In this document: piece after piece, positions 1 to 7,751 of the stretch
Numbering within the stretch: position 1 is the stretch's first letter
Layout: each line of letters begins with the position of its first letter
Virus record (IMG/VR): IMGVR_UViG_3300046057_000065
Location: 1 to 30,022 of that record
Direction: 5' to 3' (one strand)
Source: a virus
Taxonomy: Duplodnaviria; Caudoviricetes
DNA: 30,022 nucleotides
Program-made: the position numbers and the translations under genes
The notes under the pieces: model-generated
What the model was told of the DNA's origin: nothing
Seen by the model: only the letters and a program-made list of their open reading frames with translations
Database searches by the model: none

Positions 1-222
1 CTACCCGTCGGTCGCCAGCATCTCCGCGTACCACTCCGAATGAACGAACCGCTGCGAACATCCCTGCTCGTGCGGGATCTCGTCAACGTTCTCCGCGACT
101 GCGAAGCACTCGAGACACATCACCTCACCCGTCGGCTCGCCCAGCTTGTAGCCGTCGACGCTGCGCGGCGAGTCCGATGTGACCAGCAAAAACTCGGTCT
201 CTGGTTCTGTGAACGATCTCAT
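1..222 (-). CDS. Small putative Zn-binding protein (73 aa)
   Basis: Acidic ORF with CLEC...H-x3-C motif; fifth of five tightly packed co-oriented ORFs. Confidence 0.75.
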   Translation of the reverse strand: MRSFTEPETEFLLVTSDSPRSVDGYKLGEPTGEVMCLECFAVAENVDEIPHEQGCSQRFVHSEWYAEMLATDG

Positions 223-225
223 GGA

Positions 226-414
226 TCAGGCGACAATCTCGGCATCTGACTCCAGTTCGACGTCGTCGACGAGCTCGTTCCCGACCTCGCGCCACTGACA
301 GCCGTTCCATTCGTACTCGACGCGGAGCCAGCGCTCGTCGACGGGCTCGAAGCGCAGCTTCCGACGTGCACCGACGTCGGGCTGCCACTCGACCGCGAAG
401 GCGTCCTCAGACAT
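226..414 (-). CDS. Hypothetical viral protein (62 aa, MSEDAFAVEW...)
   Basis: Acidic, Trp-rich C-terminal part of track ORF 226..843. ATG at 414 overlaps the stop region of the upstream gene. Confidence 0.75.
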   Translation of the reverse strand: MSEDAFAVEWQPDVGARRKLRFEPVDERWLRVEYEWNGCQWREVGNELVDDVELESDAEIVA

Positions 415-847
415 CGAGATCACCGTCCTCGGCTTCCCGCAGCTGCTGGACCACCGCCGCGGCGTGGCTGTTCGACTGATCGAGGAATTGGTCGCGCTCG
501 GCGCGAGCGGCCTGGATCGCCTCGCTGTCCCACGCGTCGCCCCATTCAGCGAGCGTCTCATCATCAAGCTCCGCGACCAGTTCGGCCACGACCTCGTCGA
601 CGAGGTCCTTGGCGGCACTGTCGAGTTCCTCGGCCGCCGCGAACGCCGCCCGGTCGTAGGACTCGCCGTCGACATCGGATGCGAGATCGTACGAGCGCTC
701 AGCGAGATCGAGGTATCGCCGGAGTCGTGTGTGCTCGGGGACGCTCTCGTAGATGTGGTTGTGCAGGATCGTCGCGTCGAACTGCTCGGCACGCTGGCGT
801 GCGATCTCGTTGAGGCGCTTCTGTGCGCTCCGGCAGAGGTCATTCAT
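407..847 (-). CDS. Hypothetical alpha-helical acidic protein (146 aa, MNDLCRSAQK...)
   Basis: Halophile-like composition begins at ATG 847; 8-nt overlaps with both neighbours. Confidence 0.8.
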   Translation of the reverse strand: MNDLCRSAQKRLNEIARQRAEQFDATILHNHIYESVPEHTRLRRYLDLAERSYDLASDVDGESYDRAAFAAAEELDSAAKDLVDEVVAELVAELDDETLAEWGDAWDSEAIQAARAERDQFLDQSNSHAAAVVQQLREAEDGDLDV

Positions 848-1007
848 CGCGACCACCGTCCTCGTCGCGGTCGCGGAGGACCGGGGCAACGCCGTCGACG
901 TCGTACCCCTCCGCGTTGAGCGCGGTGAAGATCTCGTTCGCCGCCTCGCGGAGCTCCTCATCGGTGACGTCCTCGTCGACGCCGAACACATGGAAGGGCG
1001 TCATCAT
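840..1007 (-). CDS. Hypothetical protein (55 aa, MMTPFHVFGV...)
   Basis: ATGA overlap with the SWIM gene stop; GAGGTG upstream; acidic. Confidence 0.7.
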   Translation of the reverse strand: MMTPFHVFGVDEDVTDEELREAANEIFTALNAEGYDVDGVAPVLRDRDEDGGRDE

Positions 1008-1519
1008 TTGTCCACCTCGAAGTGCTCGAAGCACGGCAGGTCGGTCATCGACTGACAGTCCTCGCACTCCTCGGCGCCGTCGACGTCGTCCTGGTCGTCG
1101 ACGTCGTCCTGGTCGTCGACGTCGTCGATCGAGGCGGTACCGCCGTCGGTCGCAGCGATCCGGATCTCGCCGTCGACGTGCTGGCCCAGCTGGTTGTCGA
1201 TCGACGTCCGGTCGACGTTGGCCGGGATCGATCGCTCGCCGGTCGCGAACGCCACGCGGCGGATGTGCTTACAGCCGCCGGCTGGTGAGCGATATTCGAA
1301 GTCCGCACACTCGCAGGCCGGCTGGTACGTGTCGACGAGGTACTCCTCGCCGCTCTCGGAGACGACCATGAACAGGCCGGTGGCGCCCTTTGCGCGGCCG
1401 TAGTCCGGGAGGACGGTCAGGTACTGCTCAAGCGCACGGACGTCGCGCTCGCCGATACTCTGCTCGGAGTCGTGGGCTTCAAGCCCGCTGGATACGTTAG
1501 TCGACATTGCTTCTGTCAC
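1004..1519 (-). CDS. SWIM zinc-finger protein (start GTG 1519 or ATG ~1507)
   Basis: CECADF...GGCKH matches the SWIM CxC-xn-CxH pattern; second C-terminal cluster CEDC...PCFEH. Confidence 0.85.
   Translation of the reverse strand: MTEAMSTNVSSGLEAHDSEQSIGERDVRALEQYLTVLPDYGRAKGATGLFMVVSESGEEYLVDTYQPACECADFEYRSPAGGCKHIRRVAFATGERSIPANVDRTSIDNQLGQHVDGEIRIAATDGGTASIDDVDDQDDVDDQDDVDGAEECEDCQSMTDLPCFEHFEVDK
1079..1126. repeat. 18-bp coding tandem repeat GTCGACGTCGTCCTGGTC x2.7 (DDVDDQ linker)
   Basis: Exact units at 1079-1096 and 1097-1114, partial unit at 1115-1126. Confidence 0.9.
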
Positions 1520-1521
1520 CG

Positions 1522-1587
1522 GAAGCGCGGGGTCGGTGTTCCAGCACCGGCCCCGGGAGTTTCTCCCAGGACGTCACCCCGCGCCTC
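1522..1587 (-). promoter_or_regulatory. Structured 5' leader (three-way junction) upstream of the SWIM operon
   Basis: Minus strand: 12-bp stem GAGGCGCGGGGU/ACCCCGCGCUUC enclosing CUGGGAG-AAA-CUCCCGG and CGGUG-CUGGAA-CACCG hairpins. Confidence 0.6.
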
Positions 1588-1700
1588 ACAGTACCATCTT
1601 CTACGCCCGGACACTTATGGTTAACGATGCGTAAAGGTTGTCAGTACGATGGTCGCAAAAGGTAAGTAGTAACGTGCATGACTAAGAGTATGGTGAATTT

Positions 1701-1931
1701 ATGAGTGACCAACCGATGGCGCTCCGGATTGACGACAAGATGGACGAGGTTCTCGACGTAATGACCCAGCACGGCTACGCTACGACCGGGATGCTCGTCG
1801 ACGAGACAGGCTACTCGCGGCCAACGGTCTCGAAGCGTCTCGATCGCCTCCACGCAGCTGGGAAGATTGAGTATATCCATGAGCCAACCGCGTTGTGGCG
1901 GCTTATTGAGGATCCTCGTGGGGGATCTTGA
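1701..1931 (+). CDS. Winged-HTH transcriptional regulator, candidate immunity repressor
   Basis: VLDVM...TTGMLVDETGYSRPTVSKRLDRL...GKIE HTH pattern; divergent from the early operon across an AT-rich gap. Confidence 0.8.
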   Translation: MSDQPMALRIDDKMDEVLDVMTQHGYATTGMLVDETGYSRPTVSKRLDRLHAAGKIEYIHEPTALWRLIEDPRGGS

Positions 1932-1998
1932 CGCGCTGGTAGCGACTGAACAAACGGTCACCGGTACGTACTTCACAATATATAATTACTATTGTCGT

Positions 1999-2184
1999 GT
2001 GAGCCTTACAATCGACCTGACCGACGAATCCCAGTTGCAACTTGAGAAGGCGGACATCACCGTTCAGGATGGGACAATACAGTTCTCACTCGAGGGAGAG
2101 ATACAGAACATTCCAGATCACGTTATGGCCGAGTACAATGGCGAGTCGCTACTACCGACAGAAGTCTCATTTGAGCGCCAATAA
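1999..2184 (+). CDS. Small acidic hypothetical protein (61 aa, GTG start)
   Basis: Acidic, beta-rich C-terminal part of track ORF 1867..2184; AT-rich AATATATAAT just upstream. Confidence 0.6.
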   Translation: MSLTIDLTDESQLQLEKADITVQDGTIQFSLEGEIQNIPDHVMAEYNGESLLPTEVSFERQ

Positions 2185-2245
2185 CGGAGATAGCACCGGT
2201 ATCGGAACCATTAATGGACCCATTGTTGATTGCGCTAGTATCGGA

Positions 2246-2521
2246 ATGAGTAATGAGCAGGCGGGATTCCAAAATGCGGACGCGGCCGTTTCATCAGGGC
2301 GTAGTTCTCCCGATAACGTCCAGATCGTCAAAGCGATTGCCGATCACGAAGAGACAGATCCACTAAACTTAGACTTCGTGCTGGGCGAGGAGATCGATAC
2401 AGAAGCACTGGAGACGGTCCTCGACGCGGATGCCGACAACGTCCACGTTACCTTCACGGTCGACGGGTTGGTTGTCACTGTCGCGAGCGACGGGACGATC
2501 ATGATCGCTGACGAGAACTGA
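2246..2521 (+). CDS. HalOD1-type haloarchaeal output-domain protein (91 aa)
   Basis: IVKAIADHEETDPLNL...LGEEIDTEALETVL...VTFTVDGLVVTVASDG fits the HalOD1 consensus (AVA...DP..L..L...IDPDAL..L...V.F...G..V.V..DG) as I recall it. Confidence 0.8.
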   Translation: MSNEQAGFQNADAAVSSGRSSPDNVQIVKAIADHEETDPLNLDFVLGEEIDTEALETVLDADADNVHVTFTVDGLVVTVASDGTIMIADEN

Positions 2522-2974
2522 AAGTCCAGCCCCTTTTGTCCGGCAAGCGTTGGTCACATCCGCGGCAGATTCTATGTCGAGAAGATCTCTTGCTGGATCA
2601 GTGGCTCTCATGAGGATCGTGTCATCCGGAAACCTTGGGGTGGCGGGGCTATCAGCCCGCCCACGGCAGACCGCCGTGTACTACTCCCGACACCACCAAT
2701 GGATAGGCCTAGACGTTGGGATGCTCGATCAGTAGTGGTGCCCCAGTGGATTGCTGGCAGCGATTTATTAGGGCGGCGTCTATACATAACTATTTTGGTA
2801 GTATCGGGGATGGCTATTGGAAATACACAATCTCACCGCCGGCATGCGCCCCTGACAGCGAATTGGCGGCATATTTGCGGATTAAAATAATTATCAGATG
2901 GTATAGTCCTACCTGCAGCTACTCAAAGTATACTCTACAGAAGATTTACAATAGATTGCTTCGACGTGCTGGGT

Positions 2975-3142
2975 ATGTCAAACGACGACGATCGAGGCTG
3001 GAACATCGTTGGGGGACTCGCACGCCCCGAGTGGCTCGCGAAACTGCTGGGGGCGTCCCGATCTGGTGAGACGTCGCACCTGGACAAGATCGTCCTCGCC
3101 GCGCTCGCGCTCCTCGCGACGAAGGCCGTCGGGCTGTGGTAG
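2975..3142 (+). CDS. 55-aa small protein with C-terminal hydrophobic helix (not in ORF track)
   Basis: Manual translation MSNDDDRGWNIVGGLARPEWLAKLLGASRSGETSHLDKIVLAALALLATKAVGLW*; TTTACAATA about 25-30 nt upstream (leaderless-type spacing). Confidence 0.6.
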   Translation: MSNDDDRGWNIVGGLARPEWLAKLLGASRSGETSHLDKIVLAALALLATKAVGLW

Positions 3143-3145
3143 CCG

Positions 3146-3220
3146 CTACACCCGCTTGCTCCGCGCCGACAGCTGCGAGCGGATCCGCTCGACGTCCTCG
3201 AGGTTGAGCGCCTCGATCAG
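3146..3220 (-). pseudogene. Possible 3' remnant of a displaced gene (LIEALNLEDVERIRSQLSARSKRV*)
   Basis: 24 codons with halophile-like codon usage, no start of their own, beginning at the stop of the 367-aa gene. Confidence 0.3.
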
Positions 3221-4320
3221 CGCTCTTCGACTTCGACCCGCCAGTTGACGTCGTTTGTCTCGATCACGAGCAGCCCAATCCCGTCCTGGGTGACAACGGT
3301 GGTCTCTTCATACGGTCCGATGTCGTTCGCCAGGAGATCGACCCGCTCACCGCGATGGTCCGCCAGCCAAACGGCCAAGTTCCCGTCATCTTCGGCTTCG
3401 ACGGTCACCTCAACGGTACCATCGAAGTCGATCGGGCCCATCCAGTCGTGCTGGTGGCCGGATGCGTCGACGGGCGGTGACTCGACGTCGGAGTCGGCGA
3501 ACCGCGGCTGGGTGACGTTTGCGCTCCAGTCACCGTCAGCGGTGACGTCCAGGAAGTAGTCGCCTTCCGAGAGCGAGAGAGCGACCGCGCCGTCATAGTC
3601 GCCGATCGTGTTGGTGAGGTACCCCTCCGTCTCGCCGGTCTGCTCGTTGATCAGTTCGACCTGGAAGTTGCTCTCTCCGGTGTGCTCGAGGTTGATCGCC
3701 GTGAACCCGCCTTCGACGGAGAAGCTCTTGGACGTGTCAGACCCTTGGCCGCTGAATGTCTGGGGCTCTGGTTCGTCGACCGTGGTCTCTTCGTCCTGGT
3801 CGTCGCCGGTCCCGCTGTCGTCGGTCTGGCCGGAGTCTCCGTCTGTACTGTTATCATCTGTACTTCCATCACCGCTGTCTGTCTGCCCGCCGTCTGTACT
3901 ATCGTCACTGCTGTCGTCGGTAGGGCCATCCGTGTCCTCACTCTCCCCGGAGTCGCCATCGCTAGTTCCGGGATCATCGGCATCCTCGACGTCGTCGGTG
4001 TTGTTGAGCTCTGCGTTAGGGGTGGTATCGCCGCCGTCGCCTGGCGCAACGGCGCCGATCACACCAAACACGAGGATTATCAGCACGAAGACGACAATCC
4101 CAGCGCTCCATCCCCCACCGCTGACGCCAGGAATCGCCCCCAGCGGCGAGTCTGCGACCGTATCACCGAGGCCATGTCGGTTCGTCCCGATCGCGATTAG
4201 GAGATAGAATGGGATGAGGAGTATCAAAAGTGGCAGTAGCAGGAGGTAGACCGCTCCAACGGCGATGTTCCGTTTTGTGTGTCCAGCCTTGAACAACGGC
4301 AGGTGATCGGCAATTGCCAT
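3217..4320 (-). CDS. Membrane-anchored surface protein: 2 TM helices, D/T/S/G-rich linker, two tandem beta-sandwich repeats
   Basis: Hydrophobic runs at about aa 20-44 and 74-92. Repeated SGxG...GxxNxxVxL...LxNxIGxY motif twice. Own AT-rich upstream region 4321-4353. Confidence 0.85.
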   Translation of the reverse strand: MAIADHLPLFKAGHTKRNIAVGAVYLLLLPLLILLIPFYLLIAIGTNRHGLGDTVADSPLGAIPGVSGGGWSAGIVVFVLIILVFGVIGAVAPGDGGDTTPNAELNNTDDVEDADDPGTSDGDSGESEDTDGPTDDSSDDSTDGGQTDSGDGSTDDNSTDGDSGQTDDSGTGDDQDEETTVDEPEPQTFSGQGSDTSKSFSVEGGFTAINLEHTGESNFQVELINEQTGETEGYLTNTIGDYDGAVALSLSEGDYFLDVTADGDWSANVTQPRFADSDVESPPVDASGHQHDWMGPIDFDGTVEVTVEAEDDGNLAVWLADHRGERVDLLANDIGPYEETTVVTQDGIGLLVIETNDVNWRVEVEER

Positions 4321-4428
4321 GACTGTTATCTTATTATTCAGATGTAAAATGTTACCGGGTGGTATCGAGCAGCTCCGTATATCAAAAGAGCTGGCTGAAT
4401 CAGCGCTGCTCGTATGAAAAGTGCGCAG

Positions 4429-4553
4429 GATCTCGGAACGGAACCCTCTTCGAGGGCCTCCGTGGGAAGAGCTTGGACGGTGGAGCGCTAGAACGCCGAC
4501 AACTGTGGTCGCCGTGATGGGCTCACCCTCGGTCAGGGTCAGTCCTCCGGATC
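4429..4553. ncRNA. Candidate multi-stem structured RNA at the end of the tail operon
   Basis: Outer stem GAUC(U)CGGA/UCCGGAUC encloses three paired arms. Structure inferred by eye only. Confidence 0.35.
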
Positions 4554-4563
4554 GGGAAGATCG

Positions 4564-5955
4564 TCATCGCTGTCGGAGGAGCGTCAGCTCGAACTCGTAC
4601 GGGTCGGCCGTCGCGTCTTCACGCGCTGCCGACCAGGAGTCCAGAACGTACGTACCTGTGTCGACCTCGGCGTCGTCGGGTGCGACGAGTTCGATCGTCA
4701 GGTCTTCGTCAGGGAGTGGGTCGACCGGGACGTTCCCGGCGTCCGGGAGCTGCCGGATTTGTGAAGCGCCGACGCGCGAGCCGGCCGCGAAGATATCCGC
4801 GGCGAGCTCGCTGTCGACGGCGATCGGGAGGTCGACCGAGGTGACGCCGTTCGACGACGACCGACTGATCCGCCGGATCGTCTCCCGCGTCAGGTTCATC
4901 GACGTCACGCCGAAGTCGAGGACCCACTCGGCGTTTGAAACCGTGACCGTCGTCGAGTCGGAGGTCGCCGGGTGCGCGTACGTCTCCTCGATCGACGCCG
5001 TCACGAGGTGCTCGCCGAGGTCCGACCCGGACGGCGTCCACGTCATCGTCACCGTGTTCGTCGACTCCGCGTCGACGCCGACCGTCGACGTCGAGACGAC
5101 CTCGGCGTCGCCCGTGATCGCCGGCGGCTCGCGAGCTCGCGGCCGATCGAGACCGAGGTCGAGCGACAGCTCCCACCGATCCTCGCCGGCCTCCGAGACC
5201 GAGTACCCGGCCGGGTGTACCTTCCGCTCCGAGAACGGCGGGACGAGCTTCTCCGGCGGCGTGACCGTGATCGGATCGAGCGCGCCGCGACTGATCCGGC
5301 GGAAGGCGCCGTACGCCGTCTCCTCGCGATCGACGTCGCCCGCCGCCTCGAGGTACTCGAGCGCGTCCTTCTTTGCCGCCGGGACGACTGCGCCGAACGA
5401 GACGACGTCGTGGTCCGTCTGAACAGTGATCGGCTCGAGGAGGACCCGAGCGACGCCCGTCTCGTTAGGGACGGCCCACGCCCGCACAGCGCGCCACGAC
5501 GTCGACGCATCTCCGCCCGGGGAGGTCGCCGTCGTCGTCCGCACCGCGACGACTGATCGAGAGACGGTCGCGTCCCCGCCGGGTGACTCCGCGAGCGTCG
5601 TCCGCGCCGACGTCGACGAGCGTGTGACGATCGCGTCGCCGGTCCCGTCCGCCGACGTCGTCCTCGAGATCGCGGCCGTCCGTGTGACGACCGCGTCGCC
5701 GGCGCCGCTCGCGAGCGTCGATCGAGCGCCGTCCAGAACGCGTGTGACGACCGCGTCGCCACCGGGAGAGATGGCCGTCGTCGTCCGTGTGTGTGTCTCA
5801 ACGACCGAGACGCTCGTCGAATCTGACCCTCCGACCGGGTCGTTGGCCGTGGCTGTCCAGTCGCCTTTGTCGTCGGTCGACGTCGACCAGTTGAGAGTGA
5901 GCGAGTCGGTCCCGCCATGATCGAGCGTGACCGTCGCGGAGTCGACCGTCGGCAT
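4564..5955 (-). CDS. Minor tail protein: two half-CARDB modules, 20/21-aa repeats, two possible distal-tail (Dit)-like domains
   Basis: Last gene of the tail operon; internal duplications visible in the protein; Dit assignment is inference. Confidence 0.7.
   Translation of the reverse strand: MPTVDSATVTLDHGGTDSLTLNWSTSTDDKGDWTATANDPVGGSDSTSVSVVETHTRTTTAISPGGDAVVTRVLDGARSTLASGAGDAVVTRTAAISRTTSADGTGDAIVTRSSTSARTTLAESPGGDATVSRSVVAVRTTTATSPGGDASTSWRAVRAWAVPNETGVARVLLEPITVQTDHDVVSFGAVVPAAKKDALEYLEAAGDVDREETAYGAFRRISRGALDPITVTPPEKLVPPFSERKVHPAGYSVSEAGEDRWELSLDLGLDRPRAREPPAITGDAEVVSTSTVGVDAESTNTVTMTWTPSGSDLGEHLVTASIEETYAHPATSDSTTVTVSNAEWVLDFGVTSMNLTRETIRRISRSSSNGVTSVDLPIAVDSELAADIFAAGSRVGASQIRQLPDAGNVPVDPLPDEDLTIELVAPDDAEVDTGTYVLDSWSAAREDATADPYEFELTLLRQR
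5491..5787 (-). repeat. Five 60/63-bp coding repeats (RTTxA..GGDAxVTR)
   Basis: CGTGTGACGA(C/T)CGCGTCGCC recurs at 5621, 5681 and 5741 (exact 60-nt period); protein units start at R57, R78, R98, R118, R139. Confidence 0.9.
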
Positions 5956-5956
5956 C

Positions 5957-6151
5957 TTACTGTTCCTCGACAGTCAGCTCGACGTCTCCCTCGCCGGCGC
6001 CGCCGAGGTTCTCGACCTCGACGTCGACCTCGAGCTGTTGCCCCGCCTCGACCGGCGAGTTCGTCGAGACGATGGTGACCTCGAGGTACGGGTCGTCTCC
6101 CCACGACCCCTCGCCCCACGCCTTCCGTCCCCAGCCGGCGTATCCGGTCAT
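5957..6151 (-). CDS. 64-aa protein: (WGxxx)3 motif plus N-terminal half of a CARDB/Ig-like domain
   Basis: GWGRKAWGEGSWG followed by VTIVSTNSPVEAGQQLEVDVEVENLG, typical of the start of haloarchaeal CARDB domains. Confidence 0.75.
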   Translation of the reverse strand: MTGYAGWGRKAWGEGSWGDDPYLEVTIVSTNSPVEAGQQLEVDVEVENLGGAGEGDVELTVEEQ

Positions 6152-6154
6152 GCG

Positions 6155-6508
6155 TTACTCCTCCGTTTCGGCGAGTTCGGCGAGCGTGTCTCCCGTGACG
6201 ACGTCGGCGAGCTCGTCGACGATAGTCTCGAGCGCGGCGACCTCGGCGTCGAGTCCGACTTCGTCGTCCTCGCGCGCCGCCTCGAGGTCGTCGTACGCGG
6301 AAGCGATCAACTCCCGGGTGTCCGCGGAGATTTTCTCCCGGCGTACCGAGACTCCCGGCGGCGCGTTTTCCTCCGCTTCGCGTGCCTCTCCAATCCGGAT
6401 ACTCGCCTCGAGGTCCTCGCGCTCGGTCGTCTCGATGACGTCGCGTTTGTCTAAGAGCCGGATTAGTGCGTTGAGGGTGTCGTGGGTGATCTGCTCTCGT
6501 TTCGTCAT
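6155..6508 (-). CDS. Helical acidic protein (117 aa), candidate tail-fibre assembly factor
   Basis: ATGA overlap with the fibre gene stop; position directly after the fibre; function inferred from synteny only. Confidence 0.65.
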   Translation of the reverse strand: MTKREQITHDTLNALIRLLDKRDVIETTEREDLEASIRIGEAREAEENAPPGVSVRREKISADTRELIASAYDDLEAAREDDEVGLDAEVAALETIVDELADVVTGDTLAELAETEE

Positions 6509-7353
6509 GGTAGGGTGTGACTGTGTTCGGGGAGACTGACGTTGTGCGGCCACATTTCGTTCAATACGATGCCGTATTCGTACTGATCGCTCGTGTTCTT
6601 GACCTCGAAAGCCCATTGATAAACGGTGTCCTCCGGGATGGCATCGCTCCACGAGTGGCTCGTATTTTCGCCGCTCGAGCCCGTCGAGCTCGCATATACC
6701 CAGTTGACATTCCTGCCTTCCTCTGGGACATATCCGACGCGCTCGAGGATCGCATCATAATCGAGGTCGAACGACAGATAATAGCCGTCGACCGGCCCCA
6801 ACAGGTCGAGGCGCTCGTCGCGGTAATAATGCACTTCTGTGGAATGGGGCGACGTCAGTTTTTGCGTCCCGTCTGACTCGTTTCCATTCCACCAGTCCGG
6901 GTTTGATTCACCGCTTTCGATATACCCGGTCGATTGCGAGGCGGGATTTGTCTCACTCGGGTAGGTGATATCCGACGCGTGTTGCCCGTCGACCGTATCG
7001 GCGTCGAGGTTTGACCCCGACCCTTGTGGGCTTACGCTTACCGTCTGACTCGTGTCGACGGAGATATTCCCACCGCCTGAGACCGGGTCGTGTAGGTCGT
7101 TCATCCCGGCGACGTCGCCGTTCGACCCGTGGACATTCGTCGCCGATTCGTGATCGGAGAGGTTACTCGCGTTCGTCGAGACGTCCGACTCGATCGAGTT
7201 GAGGATCGTGTCGAGCGGTTCGATCAGCCCGTCGTTGTTCGTTTCCGCGCTCCCGTCCTCGAGGATCAGATGCCACAGGTCGACGTAATCGTCGTCGGCA
7301 CCACTCATAAGCGGGAAGCCGTAGTTCGGGGTCTCTGGTGGGTCTTCAGCCAT
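6505..7353 (-). CDS. Tail fibre / receptor-binding protein
   Basis: N-terminal TPNYGFPL motif, short coiled coil ending HESATNVHG, QGSGSNLDADTVDGQHAS (LDADxxDG fibre motif), aromatic-rich C-terminal domain. Confidence 0.75.
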   Translation of the reverse strand: MAEDPPETPNYGFPLMSGADDDYVDLWHLILEDGSAETNNDGLIEPLDTILNSIESDVSTNASNLSDHESATNVHGSNGDVAGMNDLHDPVSGGGNISVDTSQTVSVSPQGSGSNLDADTVDGQHASDITYPSETNPASQSTGYIESGESNPDWWNGNESDGTQKLTSPHSTEVHYYRDERLDLLGPVDGYYLSFDLDYDAILERVGYVPEEGRNVNWVYASSTGSSGENTSHSWSDAIPEDTVYQWAFEVKNTSDQYEYGIVLNEMWPHNVSLPEHSHTLP

Positions 7354-7356
7354 GAG

Positions 7357-7707
7357 TTACACCTGCGGAAGTTCGACTGAGTGAGTCAGTTCGAGCTGGT
7401 CGTTATCGTCGATGATCACGTTTGCCCCCTCGAAATTGTCGTCGTGCGTCGCCGACGAACTGTCGCTCGTATGCAGGGACGAGCCCGAGAACTCGGTCGG
7501 CGTCGGGATATCCGAGTCGGCTCCCGTGATCGTCACGGAGAGGTCGACCGGGTTCGTCGACGGGTCGCCCCATGACGTCCGGGAGTCGTTCGCGATGTCG
7601 ATGCGCGTCACCTCGTTCCCCGCGTCGTCGATCAGTGCGATGTGCGACCATCGATTCGTTACGGCGGTTCGGAGGTCTTCGTATCCGAGCGCGTTGAAGT
7701 CTGACAT
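7357..7707 (-). CDS. Small beta-rich minor tail protein (116 aa)
   Basis: Between hub and fibre; WSHIALIDDAGNEVTR pattern resembles small fibre-associated virion proteins. Confidence 0.7.
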   Translation of the reverse strand: MSDFNALGYEDLRTAVTNRWSHIALIDDAGNEVTRIDIANDSRTSWGDPSTNPVDLSVTITGADSDIPTPTEFSGSSLHTSDSSSATHDDNFEGANVIIDDNDQLELTHSVELPQV

Positions 7708-7751
7708 TGATCTGTTTTCTGTCTGTGTTCTGATATATGATGTTTCCCCCG

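Noticed and set aside
1590-1700. Operator repeats in the divergent promoter (ACGATG...AAAGG twice)
   Set aside because: Too short and variably spaced to call without data.
2522-2974. Short ORFs in the AT-rich gap (2550-2735, 2699-2890, 2716-3069, 2369-2611)
   Set aside because: Non-acidic, no motifs, mutually overlapping; more likely regulatory or decayed DNA.
5491-5787. 60-nt periodic repeats as a CRISPR array
   Set aside because: In-frame coding repeats with related 'spacers'; no cas genes or leader.
4564-7707. Diversity-generating retroelement or invertible fibre system (phiCh1-like)
   Set aside because: No reverse transcriptase, invertase, template/variable repeat pair or inverted fibre copy seen.
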